From NCBI GenBank assembly GCA_963801355.1, contig CAWDEM010000004.1, positions 1,472,001-1,536,000 on the forward strand: a stretch of DNA of 64,000 bases, in the 5' to 3' direction. Made by a program: the position numbers and the translations under genes. Positions 48,635 through 58,092 of this stretch are shown here, one piece after another. The notes beneath the pieces were generated by a model. It worked only from the letters and a program-made list of their open reading frames with translations. It was not told the origin of the DNA and ran no database searches. The stretch comes from Ignavibacteriota bacterium. GTDB lineage: Bacteria; Bacteroidota; Ignavibacteria; UBA10030; UBA6906. Numbering within the stretch: the stretch's first letter is position 1; each line of letters begins with the position of its first letter.

Positions 48635-50545
48635 ATGGTGCATTTCCGGTTACGTCGTTTTGGGAAAGCGGCCCTTGCCGCTCTGCTCCCCGTTGTACTG
48701 GCAGGGGCGATGGCCAACGGACAGGTACACTTCCGGCATCCGCAGCCGGGGGATATCTACAAAGAATACTCCCGCGCGATGATTGCGTACTCCGACTGGC
48801 GAGTGACGGATCCTCACGCCACAAACATCTGGATCCCGGATCCATCGTATCTCGTCAATGCCGTAATCCCTATCGAAATCGACGATCTCAGTGGCGCCAT
48901 ACGTGCTGAGGCGGTGATAGACCTCTGGCAGGGCCACACCGGCACCACCGGGAAGAAAATGAAGCTAAATGGCCATAGTTGGATCAGCATCCCCGAGCTG
49001 ACCACGACAGGAGGAGCGGGACAGTGCTGGCTGAGCCAGTCCAACGTCGTCGTGGATATCCCGCTGGACAATCTCGTCACAGGGACGAACTACTTCGAAG
49101 GAACAAACGAAGGACAGAGCTGTTACTCATTCGACTGGGGACAGCATGGGTGGTTCGGCATCATTTTCCGTATCTACTACAGCTCCGACAAGCCGCATCC
49201 GACCGGCGCAATCACGTCGCACGGATCAGGCGACATCTTTGGTGATCATCCCACTGTCTCCGCCTCTGCAAGCGGCGCAGCAGGCATCCGGCGGGTTGAC
49301 TTCCTGGCGTACTATGACGGCCTGGACACGGACGGAGATGGATTGTATCAGGACTGGCACTACTACTATCACCGGCTGCATGATGAGTCTGATGTGAACA
49401 TTGCGGGACACGTGGGCACCGCCTGGAACGCACCATACGAAGCGACCTGGAATACCGACTGGGTTCCAGATCAGGCCTCCGGTTCAGTGAAGTTGATTGC
49501 CAGGATTCAGGATAACGACGGGGTGTGGTTTGTTACTGACGCGGTACAAGGCCTGACATTGTCGCGGACTGGAATGTCCGTGAAGCTGTACAAACCCTAT
49601 GACGTTCCCGAGTTCTTCTACGTCCGGGCCGACCGTTCCGAACAGTGTCATTTCGATATCCCATCGGGGACCGATCTGTCGTTGGCTACTGATGCCAGAG
49701 TCGTCCTCTCCACATGGAACGGCATCTGCGGCGGGAAAGAACCAGGTGACAGTTACTACTTCCGCGTGAATGATTGGTATGCCCCTGAATTTGGTGAAAG
49801 TCATTTCTATTCACTGGACTATCTTGCGATCAATCCTTCGGAGCTGCATGAGGGTACGAACCTGTTCCAGGTCTACTCACAGTCGATGGGCACCGCGCTC
49901 TATATCCACTATCCCGCGGTGCAAGTTGTCGTGCGTTTCAACGGCGTGCCGGTGCCTGTGCAGATATCCTCCTTCACGGCGACAGCGGTCGGTGCCGGGG
50001 GGGTACGCCTGAATTGGGCGACACTGAGCGAGACGAACAATTACGGGTTTGAAGTGCAGAAGTCAGACTCACGCACCGGATCGTATGCCACGCTTGCCAA
50101 CAGCTTTGTCGAGGGGCACGGAACGACGATTGTTCCGCAAAACTATTCCTTCACTGACGTGCATGCGGCAGCCGGAATATGGTACTACAGACTGAAGCAG
50201 ATGGACCTCGACCAGTCGGCGCACTTCTCCGATCCCGTGCGGGTTGACCTGACCACGGGTGTTGCGCAGGGTGCGGTGCCGATGACCACGGTGCTCGCGC
50301 AGAACTACCCGAATCCTTTCAATCCGAGCACGGTGATCCGCTATGATGTCGCGGAGAAAACCCGTGTGACGCTGACGGTCTACAACACGCTTGGCGAGAT
50401 TGTCGCGACGCTGGTGGACGGCGAGAAGTCACCGGGGTATTACGATGTCAAGTTCAACGCAGCCGGTCTTGCCGCGGGCGTCTACTTCTGCCGGATGGTT
50501 GCGGGCGACTATGCCCGGACGAACAAGCTGGTTTTGTTGCGGTAG
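48635..50545 (+). CDS. Secreted protein of unknown function with Ig-like and T9SS-type sorting domains (paralog 2)
   Basis: Colinear and highly similar to 46622..48547; start 48611 or 48635. Confidence 0.88.
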   Translation: MVHFRLRRFGKAALAALLPVVLAGAMANGQVHFRHPQPGDIYKEYSRAMIAYSDWRVTDPHATNIWIPDPSYLVNAVIPIEIDDLSGAIRAEAVIDLWQGHTGTTGKKMKLNGHSWISIPELTTTGGAGQCWLSQSNVVVDIPLDNLVTGTNYFEGTNEGQSCYSFDWGQHGWFGIIFRIYYSSDKPHPTGAITSHGSGDIFGDHPTVSASASGAAGIRRVDFLAYYDGLDTDGDGLYQDWHYYYHRLHDESDVNIAGHVGTAWNAPYEATWNTDWVPDQASGSVKLIARIQDNDGVWFVTDAVQGLTLSRTGMSVKLYKPYDVPEFFYVRADRSEQCHFDIPSGTDLSLATDARVVLSTWNGICGGKEPGDSYYFRVNDWYAPEFGESHFYSLDYLAINPSELHEGTNLFQVYSQSMGTALYIHYPAVQVVVRFNGVPVPVQISSFTATAVGAGGVRLNWATLSETNNYGFEVQKSDSRTGSYATLANSFVEGHGTTIVPQNYSFTDVHAAAGIWYYRLKQMDLDQSAHFSDPVRVDLTTGVAQGAVPMTTVLAQNYPNPFNPSTVIRYDVAEKTRVTLTVYNTLGEIVATLVDGEKSPGYYDVKFNAAGLAAGVYFCRMVAGDYARTNKLVLLR

Positions 50546-50570
50546 CTGGTCACCCGAAGGCGGAGAAATG

Positions 50571-50608
50571 AAGCCCCTGCCTGGATCTCAAGCAGGGGCT
50601 TTTTTTTG
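50571..50608 (+). terminator. Rho-independent terminator (copy of the 48571 hairpin)
   Basis: AAGCCCCTGC..GCAGGGGCTT followed by a long T tract. Confidence 0.88.
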
Positions 50609-50670
50609 ACGGAGCCACCGTAGAGGGGAGTCGACCTGGCATCCAGAAGAATTGCAGCGAGACAGGAATG

Positions 50671-50992
50671 TCAATATCTTCCTCGCCAGCCGAACTGCTT
50701 CATGTTTATCGCGTTCGCGGACGAACAGGATCCCTTCTTTCTCCAGCAATCGCCGCTGCTCTGCCCCGCTTTTGCCAGGCAGCGATATCCGGCCGCGGGC
50801 GTTGATGACCCGGTGCCACGGAATATCGATGCCATCCGGCAGCTTGTGGAGAGCATATCCTGCAATCCGTGGTTGAGTGGGAAACCCGCTCAACCGTGCG
50901 ATTGTTCCATAAGATGCGACCCTTCCCCTGGGAATCCGGGAGACAGTACGCCAGATACGGGGATAAGCGTCGAGAGATGCGCTGCGCTTCAT
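50671..50992 (-). CDS. Alkyltransferase-like (Atl/YbaZ, MGMT family) protein; apparent single-base frameshift near 50710
   Basis: IPRGRVASYGTIA, PWHRVIN, QRRLLEKEGI; expected ending INMKQFGW lies in the next frame (stop at 50671); uncorrected ORF is 50588..50992. Confidence 0.8.
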
Positions 50993-51145
50993 ACAGCATC
51001 ATTGTGATGTTCAGGTGTTGAAGAGCTGTGCCGAAATATACGGGAGGTAAGGGGAGTAATCCAGTGATCGCCCGGGTTTGTTGAAACTCTGGACGGATTT
51101 TGCTAAATTGAAACGATGCGATGATCGGTGAATCCCTTCTGCCGG

Positions 51146-51160
51146 CGGCACGATTTCTGC
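51146..51160 (+). promoter_or_regulatory. Putative sigma54 -24/-12 promoter for etfBA-acd
   Basis: CGGCACG-ATTT-CTGC (GG-N10-GC), 60 bp upstream of the etfB ATG. Confidence 0.5.
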
Positions 51161-51219
51161 CGCGTGATAGCCTCGATCCCCCAACCTTTTCGCCACTTTT
51201 TTTGGGATAGAAGAACAAC

Positions 51220-52108
51220 ATGTATCACTCGATAGTCCTTGTCAAACAGGTTCCCGACACTGCCAACATCACGGGCAATGTGATGCAGGAAGACGGGACT
51301 GTCAACCGGGCGAAGTTGCCGGCGGTGTTTAATCCGGAAGACCGTGTCGCGCTGGAGATGGCCTTGCGGGTCAAAGACCAGTTCGGCGGAACTGTCACCG
51401 CCATCACCATGGGACCGCCCCGCGCCTCTGACGTGCTGCGTGAGTGCCTTTACATGGGTGCCGATCAGACCGTTCTCATCAGTGACAGGAAGTTTGCGGG
51501 TGCCGACACGCTTGCGACCTCATATGTCCTGGCCGAGGCCATCAAACGCATCGGCGGGTACGACTTCATCTTCGGCGGCCGACAGGCGATTGACGGGGAC
51601 ACGGCCCAGGTGGGTCCGCAGACGTGTGAGAAGCTGCATATACCCCAGATCACCTATCTGGAGGAAATTCTCTCGATTGACGGCCGTACGGTCACGGCCC
51701 GGCGCAAGATTGAAGGTGGCTACGAAGTTGTGCGTTCGCCTTTGCCTGTGCTCCTGACGGTGATCAAAGATGCCGTGGAACCCCGTCCCTTCAGCTCCAG
51801 GCGAGTGATGGCGTACAAAGGGGCGAAATCGCTTATGGAAATCGAGAAAATGGCCGAGGGGAATTCGTTGCTCTATGTCGATCAGACTGGTCCACGAATA
51901 CGAAGCCCGCGAACTGTTCATCAAAACGCTGACAATGGACGACCTCAAGCTGGAACCTGAACGGTGCGGTGTTGCGGGATCGCCCACGAAGGTCTACAAG
52001 GTGGAGTCGGTGGTGCTGAGTGGCGGCGAACACGAGATGATTGAGCCGACCAAATCCGGGCTCGGCAGACTGATCGAGAAACTGATGGATGACCACATCC
52101 TGGGATAA
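51220..52108 (+). pseudogene. etfB: Electron transfer flavoprotein beta subunit, split by a single-base frameshift near 51886 (sequence error or real lesion)
   Basis: VKQVPDT, FAGADTLATS, GRQAIDGDTAQVGP in one frame; conserved C-terminus CGVAGSPTKV in the next frame (51875..52108). Confidence 0.85.
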
Positions 52109-52115
52109 TGCGCTC

Positions 52116-53135
52116 ATGAGCACAATGTCGAGTGACGTCTGGGTTTTCATCGAGCAGCGGAACGGTAAGCCGGCCGATGTGAGTTTCGAGCTCCTGTGCA
52201 AAGGACGAAAGCTGGCGCAGGCAATGGGAGGCTCGCTGAAGTCCGTGGTCATGGGTGCACAGATGGAGAGTGTGGCAGCGGAGACATTCCGGTTCGGGGC
52301 GGACGAGGCACTCGTGATCGATCATCCCGCGCTCAGGCAGTACCGCACGATGCCGTACGGGAGAATTCTCTCGGATCTTGTCCGCACGCATGCGCCACGT
52401 ATCGTCCTGTTTGGTGCGACGATCATCGGACGCGATCTTGCACCACGGGTGGCGTCGGCGACGCGGAGCGGATTGACGGCCGACTGCACGGACCTGAAGA
52501 TCGCCGATGTCTCGTATTTGCGGAAAGACTACAAGCAGCTCCTGCTCCAGATCCGCCCGGCATTCGGCGGCAACATCATTGCGACGATCATCACTCCCGA
52601 CAATCCGGTGCAGATGGCGACGGTGCGTGAAGGCGTGATGGAAATGCATGCCATGGACAGTCCGGTGGCGGGCAAAGTGACTGTGCTCCCGTATGTGCCC
52701 GATCCTGTCGATGAGCTCATCCAGATCATCGAGCAGCATCAGGAAGAGAATAAGGTGAACCTCAAGGCTGCGCCGATCATTGTCGCGGGCGGATACGGAC
52801 TCGGATCAAAGGGGAACTTCAAATTGGTGTATGATCTCGCGCATGCGCTGGGCGGGGAGGTTGCCGGGAGCCGTGCTGCGGTAGACGCGGGATTCGTGCC
52901 GCCGGAACGGCAGGTGGGGCAGACCGGTGTGACCGTCCGCCCGAAACTCTACATCGCCGTCGGTATCTCAGGGGCAATCCAGCACCGCGCGGGGATGCAG
53001 GAGTCGAACAAAATCATCGCCATCAATACTGATCCCGGCGCGCCCATTTTCGGTATCAGCCATTACGGCATCGTGGGCGATGCCACGGAAGTGATCCCGC
53101 GGTTCATTGAAGTCTTTCGGAACAAATTGAAATAG
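52116..53135 (+). CDS. etfA: Electron transfer flavoprotein alpha subunit
   Basis: GRDLAPRVA, GLTADCT, RPAFGGN, QVGQTG, YIAVGISGAIQH. Confidence 0.96.
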   Translation: MSTMSSDVWVFIEQRNGKPADVSFELLCKGRKLAQAMGGSLKSVVMGAQMESVAAETFRFGADEALVIDHPALRQYRTMPYGRILSDLVRTHAPRIVLFGATIIGRDLAPRVASATRSGLTADCTDLKIADVSYLRKDYKQLLLQIRPAFGGNIIATIITPDNPVQMATVREGVMEMHAMDSPVAGKVTVLPYVPDPVDELIQIIEQHQEENKVNLKAAPIIVAGGYGLGSKGNFKLVYDLAHALGGEVAGSRAAVDAGFVPPERQVGQTGVTVRPKLYIAVGISGAIQHRAGMQESNKIIAINTDPGAPIFGISHYGIVGDATEVIPRFIEVFRNKLK

Positions 53136-53143
53136 GTGTCCTC

Positions 53144-54868
53144 ATGGCGAATTTCTTCCTAGACAATCCTGACATCCTGTTTCATTTCAAGAGATTCAAT
53201 CTTCAGGAGATTGTCTCCGTTGCGGAAGACGGCTTTGCCCAGGCGAAGCACCACAAAGATGCGCCGGTCAATTACGACGATGCCATGGAGAATTACCGCA
53301 AGGTTCTTGAGGTCGTCGGCGACCTGGCGGCGAATCGTATAGCGCCGCGGGCAGCGGATGTGGATCACGAGGGGGCGCAATGGCATGACGGGGAGGTCAC
53401 GTATGCCGCGGGAACGCGAAAGAACCTGGATGAGCTCTCCAAAGCGGACCTGATGGGGATGATTCTCCCGCGCAAATACGGCGGTCTGAATTTCCCGTTC
53501 ACCGTCTACATGATGGCCGTGGAAATCGTCTCGCGCGCGGACGCATCGCTGATGAATATTTTCGGACTTCAGGATATCGGCGATACGATCAGGAAATTCG
53601 GCAACGAGGCGCAACGGGAGGAATTTCTGCCGGGATTCTGCACCGGTGAGTACACGGGTGCGATGGCGCTGACCGAACCTGATGCCGGGTCGGACCTGCA
53701 GGCGGTAAAATTGCAGGCATATCAGAATGAGAAAGGGGAGTGGTTTCTGAAGGGGGTAAAGAGATTCATCACCAACGGGAACGGACAGGTACTGGTGGTG
53801 CTCGCACGCTCGGAGGCCGGGACCAAAGACGGGCGCGGATTGAGCCTCTTCGTGTGTTACGGGAAAGACGGCGTTTTGGTGCGGCGCATCGAGAATAAAC
53901 TCGGTATCCACGGATCACCGACGTGCGAACTGCAATTCAACGATGTTCCTGCACAACTTGTGGGCAGCCGCAAATTCGGTTTGATCAAATATGTCATCGA
54001 TCTGATGTACCGGGCCCGGATGGGTGTGTCCGCACAGGCACTGGGCATCTCGCAGGCGGCCTACGGGGAAGCCCTGGCGTATGCGAAGGATCGCGTCCAG
54101 TTCAACAAGCCCATCTACTCTTTCCCGGCGGTCTCCAACATCCTGATCGACATGCGTGTCACGCTCGAGATGAACCGGTCGCTGTTTTACTGCGCCGCCC
54201 AGTCCGTCGACCGCAAAGAGAAACTGGAAGAGCAGATTGAGAAACGGAAAGAAGAAGGACAATCGATCACCGACCTGGTGGCGGAACTCCGGCAGGCCAC
54301 CGCACTTGCGGGTCTGCTCACGCCGCTGACGAAGCTGATGCTGACAGAGTCGGCGAACAAGATCACCTACGATGCACTCCAGATTCACGGCGGCACGGGG
54401 TACATGAAGGAGTTCAGAGTCGAACGCCTGGCGCGGGACGCACGCATCACCAATATCTATGAAGGTACTTCGCAGCTGCAGGTTGTTGCCGCCATCGGTT
54501 CGGTCATCAACGACATCATGCGCCCCCATTTTGAACAGAAAGAAGCTCAGGAGTACCCGGGCAGGCTATCGCCGCTGGCGACATCGCTGAAAGAGATCCG
54601 GCAATTGTACAACGACAGCCTCCGCCTGGTGGTGGACCGGAAAGACCCCAGTTTTCAGGATGTCGCTGCAAAGGATCTGGTCGAACTGTACGGATATCTC
54701 GTGGTCGGCTATCTTCTTCTGGATGAGGCGGAGACCGATGCACGGAAAGTATTCATCGCAAACCGCTACATTCTGGGGGCACTTGCGCAGGCCAGACGCA
54801 ACGCCGAGTGCATCAAGAACGGAATGTTCGCCGATCTTCTGCACGCGGAGACGATTCTAAACGTCTAG
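53144..54868 (+). CDS. Acyl-CoA dehydrogenase
   Basis: ALTEPDAGSD, GVKRFITNG, KLGIHGSPT, QIHGGTGY, RDARITNIYEGTSQLQ. Confidence 0.95.
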   Translation: MANFFLDNPDILFHFKRFNLQEIVSVAEDGFAQAKHHKDAPVNYDDAMENYRKVLEVVGDLAANRIAPRAADVDHEGAQWHDGEVTYAAGTRKNLDELSKADLMGMILPRKYGGLNFPFTVYMMAVEIVSRADASLMNIFGLQDIGDTIRKFGNEAQREEFLPGFCTGEYTGAMALTEPDAGSDLQAVKLQAYQNEKGEWFLKGVKRFITNGNGQVLVVLARSEAGTKDGRGLSLFVCYGKDGVLVRRIENKLGIHGSPTCELQFNDVPAQLVGSRKFGLIKYVIDLMYRARMGVSAQALGISQAAYGEALAYAKDRVQFNKPIYSFPAVSNILIDMRVTLEMNRSLFYCAAQSVDRKEKLEEQIEKRKEEGQSITDLVAELRQATALAGLLTPLTKLMLTESANKITYDALQIHGGTGYMKEFRVERLARDARITNIYEGTSQLQVVAAIGSVINDIMRPHFEQKEAQEYPGRLSPLATSLKEIRQLYNDSLRLVVDRKDPSFQDVAAKDLVELYGYLVVGYLLLDEAETDARKVFIANRYILGALAQARRNAECIKNGMFADLLHAETILNV

Positions 54869-54889
54869 AAAGAGGCGGGCTCAGCCCGG

Positions 54890-55744
54890 TCACTGCATCT
54901 CCGCCTCCATCGTTTTCAGAAACGCGATTCCGTTCCGCACGAATACCCGTCCGTCCGGACAGAGATTGTGGAACATCCCCCTCTGGTAGGCAAAATCATC
55001 CAATCCTGAGTTGTACCCCTCCAGGCCGATATAGCCGTCGAAGCCGATCTCACGAAGCGTGCTGAATACTTCCGTCCAGGGAACGATTCCTCCTCCAGGG
55101 ACACCGCGGTCGTTCTCACAAGCGTGAAGACCGAACAGACGTTTTCCGCAGGTCCTGAGTGCGTTGGCGTAACTCCGGATTTCAGTGACGCTATGGTAGG
55201 TGTCGAAAAGGATGCGGAGACCGGGATGATCTGCGAGATCGATCAATCGGACAAGCTGCTCCGGAGTATTGACAAGGTGCGTCCGAAAGTGGCTCATTGG
55301 TTCAAGGGCAATGATAACATTGCGGCTCGCGGCGTATTCCGCGAGTGCATGGAGCCCTTCTGCCGTCCAGCCAAACTCACCGGAGGGAGGTCGGCGGCGC
55401 TTCACGACTCCCGGGTGTCCGTACATGGCGCCGGCATAGGCGACAGCACCCAATTCCGCTGCTGTGTCGACCTGGCGGCGATGCCATGAAAGCCCCTTCG
55501 CGCGATCCGCCGGATCGTCGGCGGACAGGTCGCATTCCAGGGGCCATGCACCGCCGGGGCCGATGATGAGCTCTATTCCCAGAGATGACGCATGCCGGCC
55601 GGTGCGGCGGGCATCAAAGGGAACATCGTCACCCACAGAGAGCTCGAATATGCTCAAATCGAGTTCTTTCGCCAGATCAAGCAGGTGAAGGTCGCTGTCA
55701 GACCAGCGCATCGTGAAGAGATAGCAGTGGGCACCGTATTTCAC
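54890..55744 (-). CDS. Sugar phosphate isomerase/epimerase (ketose 3-epimerase-like, TIM barrel)
   Basis: LEPMSHFRTHLVNT, FDTYH, HACENDRGVPGGG, GFDGYIGLE; GTG start inferred. Confidence 0.88.
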   Translation of the reverse strand: MKYGAHCYLFTMRWSDSDLHLLDLAKELDLSIFELSVGDDVPFDARRTGRHASSLGIELIIGPGGAWPLECDLSADDPADRAKGLSWHRRQVDTAAELGAVAYAGAMYGHPGVVKRRRPPSGEFGWTAEGLHALAEYAASRNVIIALEPMSHFRTHLVNTPEQLVRLIDLADHPGLRILFDTYHSVTEIRSYANALRTCGKRLFGLHACENDRGVPGGGIVPWTEVFSTLREIGFDGYIGLEGYNSGLDDFAYQRGMFHNLCPDGRVFVRNGIAFLKTMEAEMQ

Positions 55745-55899
55745 AATTCTTCCGTTGCAGCCGTGATACATTGGTAGAGGATCTGCAAAAAGGTAATGCC
55801 AGGACAGCCCAGATGCAAGGAAAGGCCATATCTTTGGCTATATTGGGAAGATCCATGAAGGATTTCCGGCAAATCAACGGTATCTCCGAAGGAGGAGCC

Positions 55900-57045
55900 A
55901 TGATGCGCGTTCTACTCCTGGCCGTGGGGATCATTACGGGAATTACCCTTTGCATCCCGCAAGATACCCGCGGTGTCCCGGTTGGCGAAGGCACGCTCGA
56001 ACGATGGCTCGAGGGCCAATCACCGCGGGAGATCGGAAAACGTGTGGCCCGGCGTTTCGTCGAAACCCCGCTTGCTTTCTCAGGCCGCACCGAGCCCGCA
56101 AACCATATTACATATCCTGAGGTGTGCACGTGGTACGGTGCTTTGCAGTTCGCCCGGCTCACCGGCGATACGGCCCTGCAGGGCGCGCTAATCCGTCGAT
56201 TCGAGCCGCTCTCCGGCGAACTCAAAGATCTGGTCCCGCTCCCCGACCATGTTGACATGACGGTGTTTGCCGCCGTCCCGCTCGAACTGTTCATGCAGAC
56301 CAACGATGAGCGTTATCTCGATACGGGGAAGCGGATGGCTGACAGGCAGTGGGGAGCGCCGTTTGGCCCGAGGGCGAACGAAGAATCGTGGGAATACTAC
56401 CGCAAGGGCCTCACATGGCAGACCCGCATGTGGATCGACGACATGTTCATGATCACTGCTGCCCAGGCGCAGGCATATCGTGCAACTGGTGATCGCCGCT
56501 ACATCGACCGGGCCGCCCAGGAAATGGTCGTGTATCTGGATTCACTGCAGAAGCCCAATGGCCTTTTCTATCATGCCCCCGATGTGCCATTCTTCTGGGG
56601 GCGGGGTAACGGCTGGATGGCAGCAGGGATGAGCGAGCTTCTCCGCTCTCTCCCCCCGGACAACCCCCATCGCCCTCGCATCATGGAAGGGTACCGGACC
56701 ATGATGGCATCCCTGTTGACATTTCAGGATGCGGAGGGCATGTGGCGTCAATTGATAGACAAGCCGGAAAGCTGGCCGGAGACATCCTGTTCAGCAATGT
56801 TCACGTTCGCGCTCATTACCGGCGTGAGGAATGGCTGGCTGGACAGCGAGACGTACGGCCCGGCCGCCCGAAAAGGGTGGCTCGCAGTCATTCTCTATCT
56901 GAACGACGATGCAGCCGTCAGGGAAGTGTGCGAAGGAACCGGCAAGAAGAACGATCTGCAGTACTACCTGGATCGCAAGAGGAATGTGGGAGATCTCCAC
57001 GGGCAGGCGCCGATACTCTGGTGTGCATCGGCATTGCTGAGGTAA
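55900..57045 (+). CDS. Unsaturated glycuronyl hydrolase (GH105/GH88)
   Basis: Signal peptide; WIDDMFM, GLFYH, WGRGNGW, ETSCSAMF, GDLHGQAP. Confidence 0.92.
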   Translation: MMRVLLLAVGIITGITLCIPQDTRGVPVGEGTLERWLEGQSPREIGKRVARRFVETPLAFSGRTEPANHITYPEVCTWYGALQFARLTGDTALQGALIRRFEPLSGELKDLVPLPDHVDMTVFAAVPLELFMQTNDERYLDTGKRMADRQWGAPFGPRANEESWEYYRKGLTWQTRMWIDDMFMITAAQAQAYRATGDRRYIDRAAQEMVVYLDSLQKPNGLFYHAPDVPFFWGRGNGWMAAGMSELLRSLPPDNPHRPRIMEGYRTMMASLLTFQDAEGMWRQLIDKPESWPETSCSAMFTFALITGVRNGWLDSETYGPAARKGWLAVILYLNDDAAVREVCEGTGKKNDLQYYLDRKRNVGDLHGQAPILWCASALLR

Positions 57046-57078
57046 GGTGCCGCGAGCCCGGATGCGATCCGGGACCGG

Positions 57079-58092
57079 CTACTCATGCTGCAGCAACTGG
57101 AGTTGCCACTGATCTGTGCTCCTGGTGTTCAGGAATGGTCTCAACGCAAGAAGTCCGGTCTGACCGATGCTCCTGCGCAAGTAGTGGAGTTCTTTCAGCT
57201 GGCTTGCAGCTTCGGGATCCCGTGGAACGTCGAACCCCGCCTCCTTCATGAGGAGCATTCCTTTGGCTTTGATTGCCAGTTCGCTCTGGACACGCAACAG
57301 GCAGAGCATGTCGGCCACCGTCTCCGACGGAAAGCGATCCTTCAAAGAATGCAGGTACTGGCCGATAGGATTGTCCGCAAGCACTCCCGATGAAATCATT
57401 TCCAGGACTTCGCGGTCGGTATCGAAGCCCGTTCCCAGCCACTCGCGGGTGGTACTTTCGCTTTGCCGGAACACGATGCTCACGATAGCGGGGAACAGGA
57501 TGAGGATAAGGAGTGTGGAAACGAGCGGTGTCACGAAAAAGTGATTGAACAGGGCGTGGAGGAATATCGCGAGGAGAAGCCCCGGAGCAGCAATCATCAC
57601 CCGCCACCGGCCGGACTTGTCCAGCAGCGCCTTCGTGATTATGCCGACTATCGCTGTGGCTCCGCCGTGCATTAACGCCGTGCCGAACCCGCGGATGACC
57701 CAGACAAGCAGGTGCGCGTCGGGTCGCATCTGTATGTAATGCAGGTTTTCGAGGATGGCAAACCCCGTGCCGAGCGCAAATCCCCGAATGGCCGCATCCA
57801 CCATGAAGCCCACTCTGTCGGTGCGAATCAGGTAGAGCAGGAACAACGCCTTGGCCGTCTCCTCGATCACCGGTGCTACATAGCGTGTCAATGCTGCGGT
57901 GTGCATTCCTGTCAATCTCAAGAGCAGAACGTTGATGCCATAACACACAGCAGCGACGGCACAGCCGGCAGCGATTGTCCAGACGACCGTTTGCGAACGT
58001 ACCAGCTTGAAGCTGTCAAGGAGGATCAGACTGACGAGGAAGAAAAGGACCGGCAGAAGTGCGACCGCCGGCGGGATGAGCAGATTGATCAT
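57079..58092 (-). CDS. PrsW-family glutamic intramembrane protease with C-terminal soluble extension
   Basis: APVIEETAK (EE motif), GFAILEN, ALMHGG, LHALFN; start overlaps the upstream stop (TGATG). Confidence 0.88.
   Translation of the reverse strand: MINLLIPPAVALLPVLFFLVSLILLDSFKLVRSQTVVWTIAAGCAVAAVCYGINVLLLRLTGMHTAALTRYVAPVIEETAKALFLLYLIRTDRVGFMVDAAIRGFALGTGFAILENLHYIQMRPDAHLLVWVIRGFGTALMHGGATAIVGIITKALLDKSGRWRVMIAAPGLLLAIFLHALFNHFFVTPLVSTLLILILFPAIVSIVFRQSESTTREWLGTGFDTDREVLEMISSGVLADNPIGQYLHSLKDRFPSETVADMLCLLRVQSELAIKAKGMLLMKEAGFDVPRDPEAASQLKELHYLRRSIGQTGLLALRPFLNTRSTDQWQLQLLQHE

Noticed and set aside
48571-50608. Two near-identical hairpins as IS ends or REP elements
   Set aside because: Both are terminators co-duplicated with the paralogous genes; no transposase
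51860-51900. Programmed ribosomal frameshift in etfB
   Set aside because: No slippery heptamer or stimulatory structure; a nearby second extra base suggests sequence error
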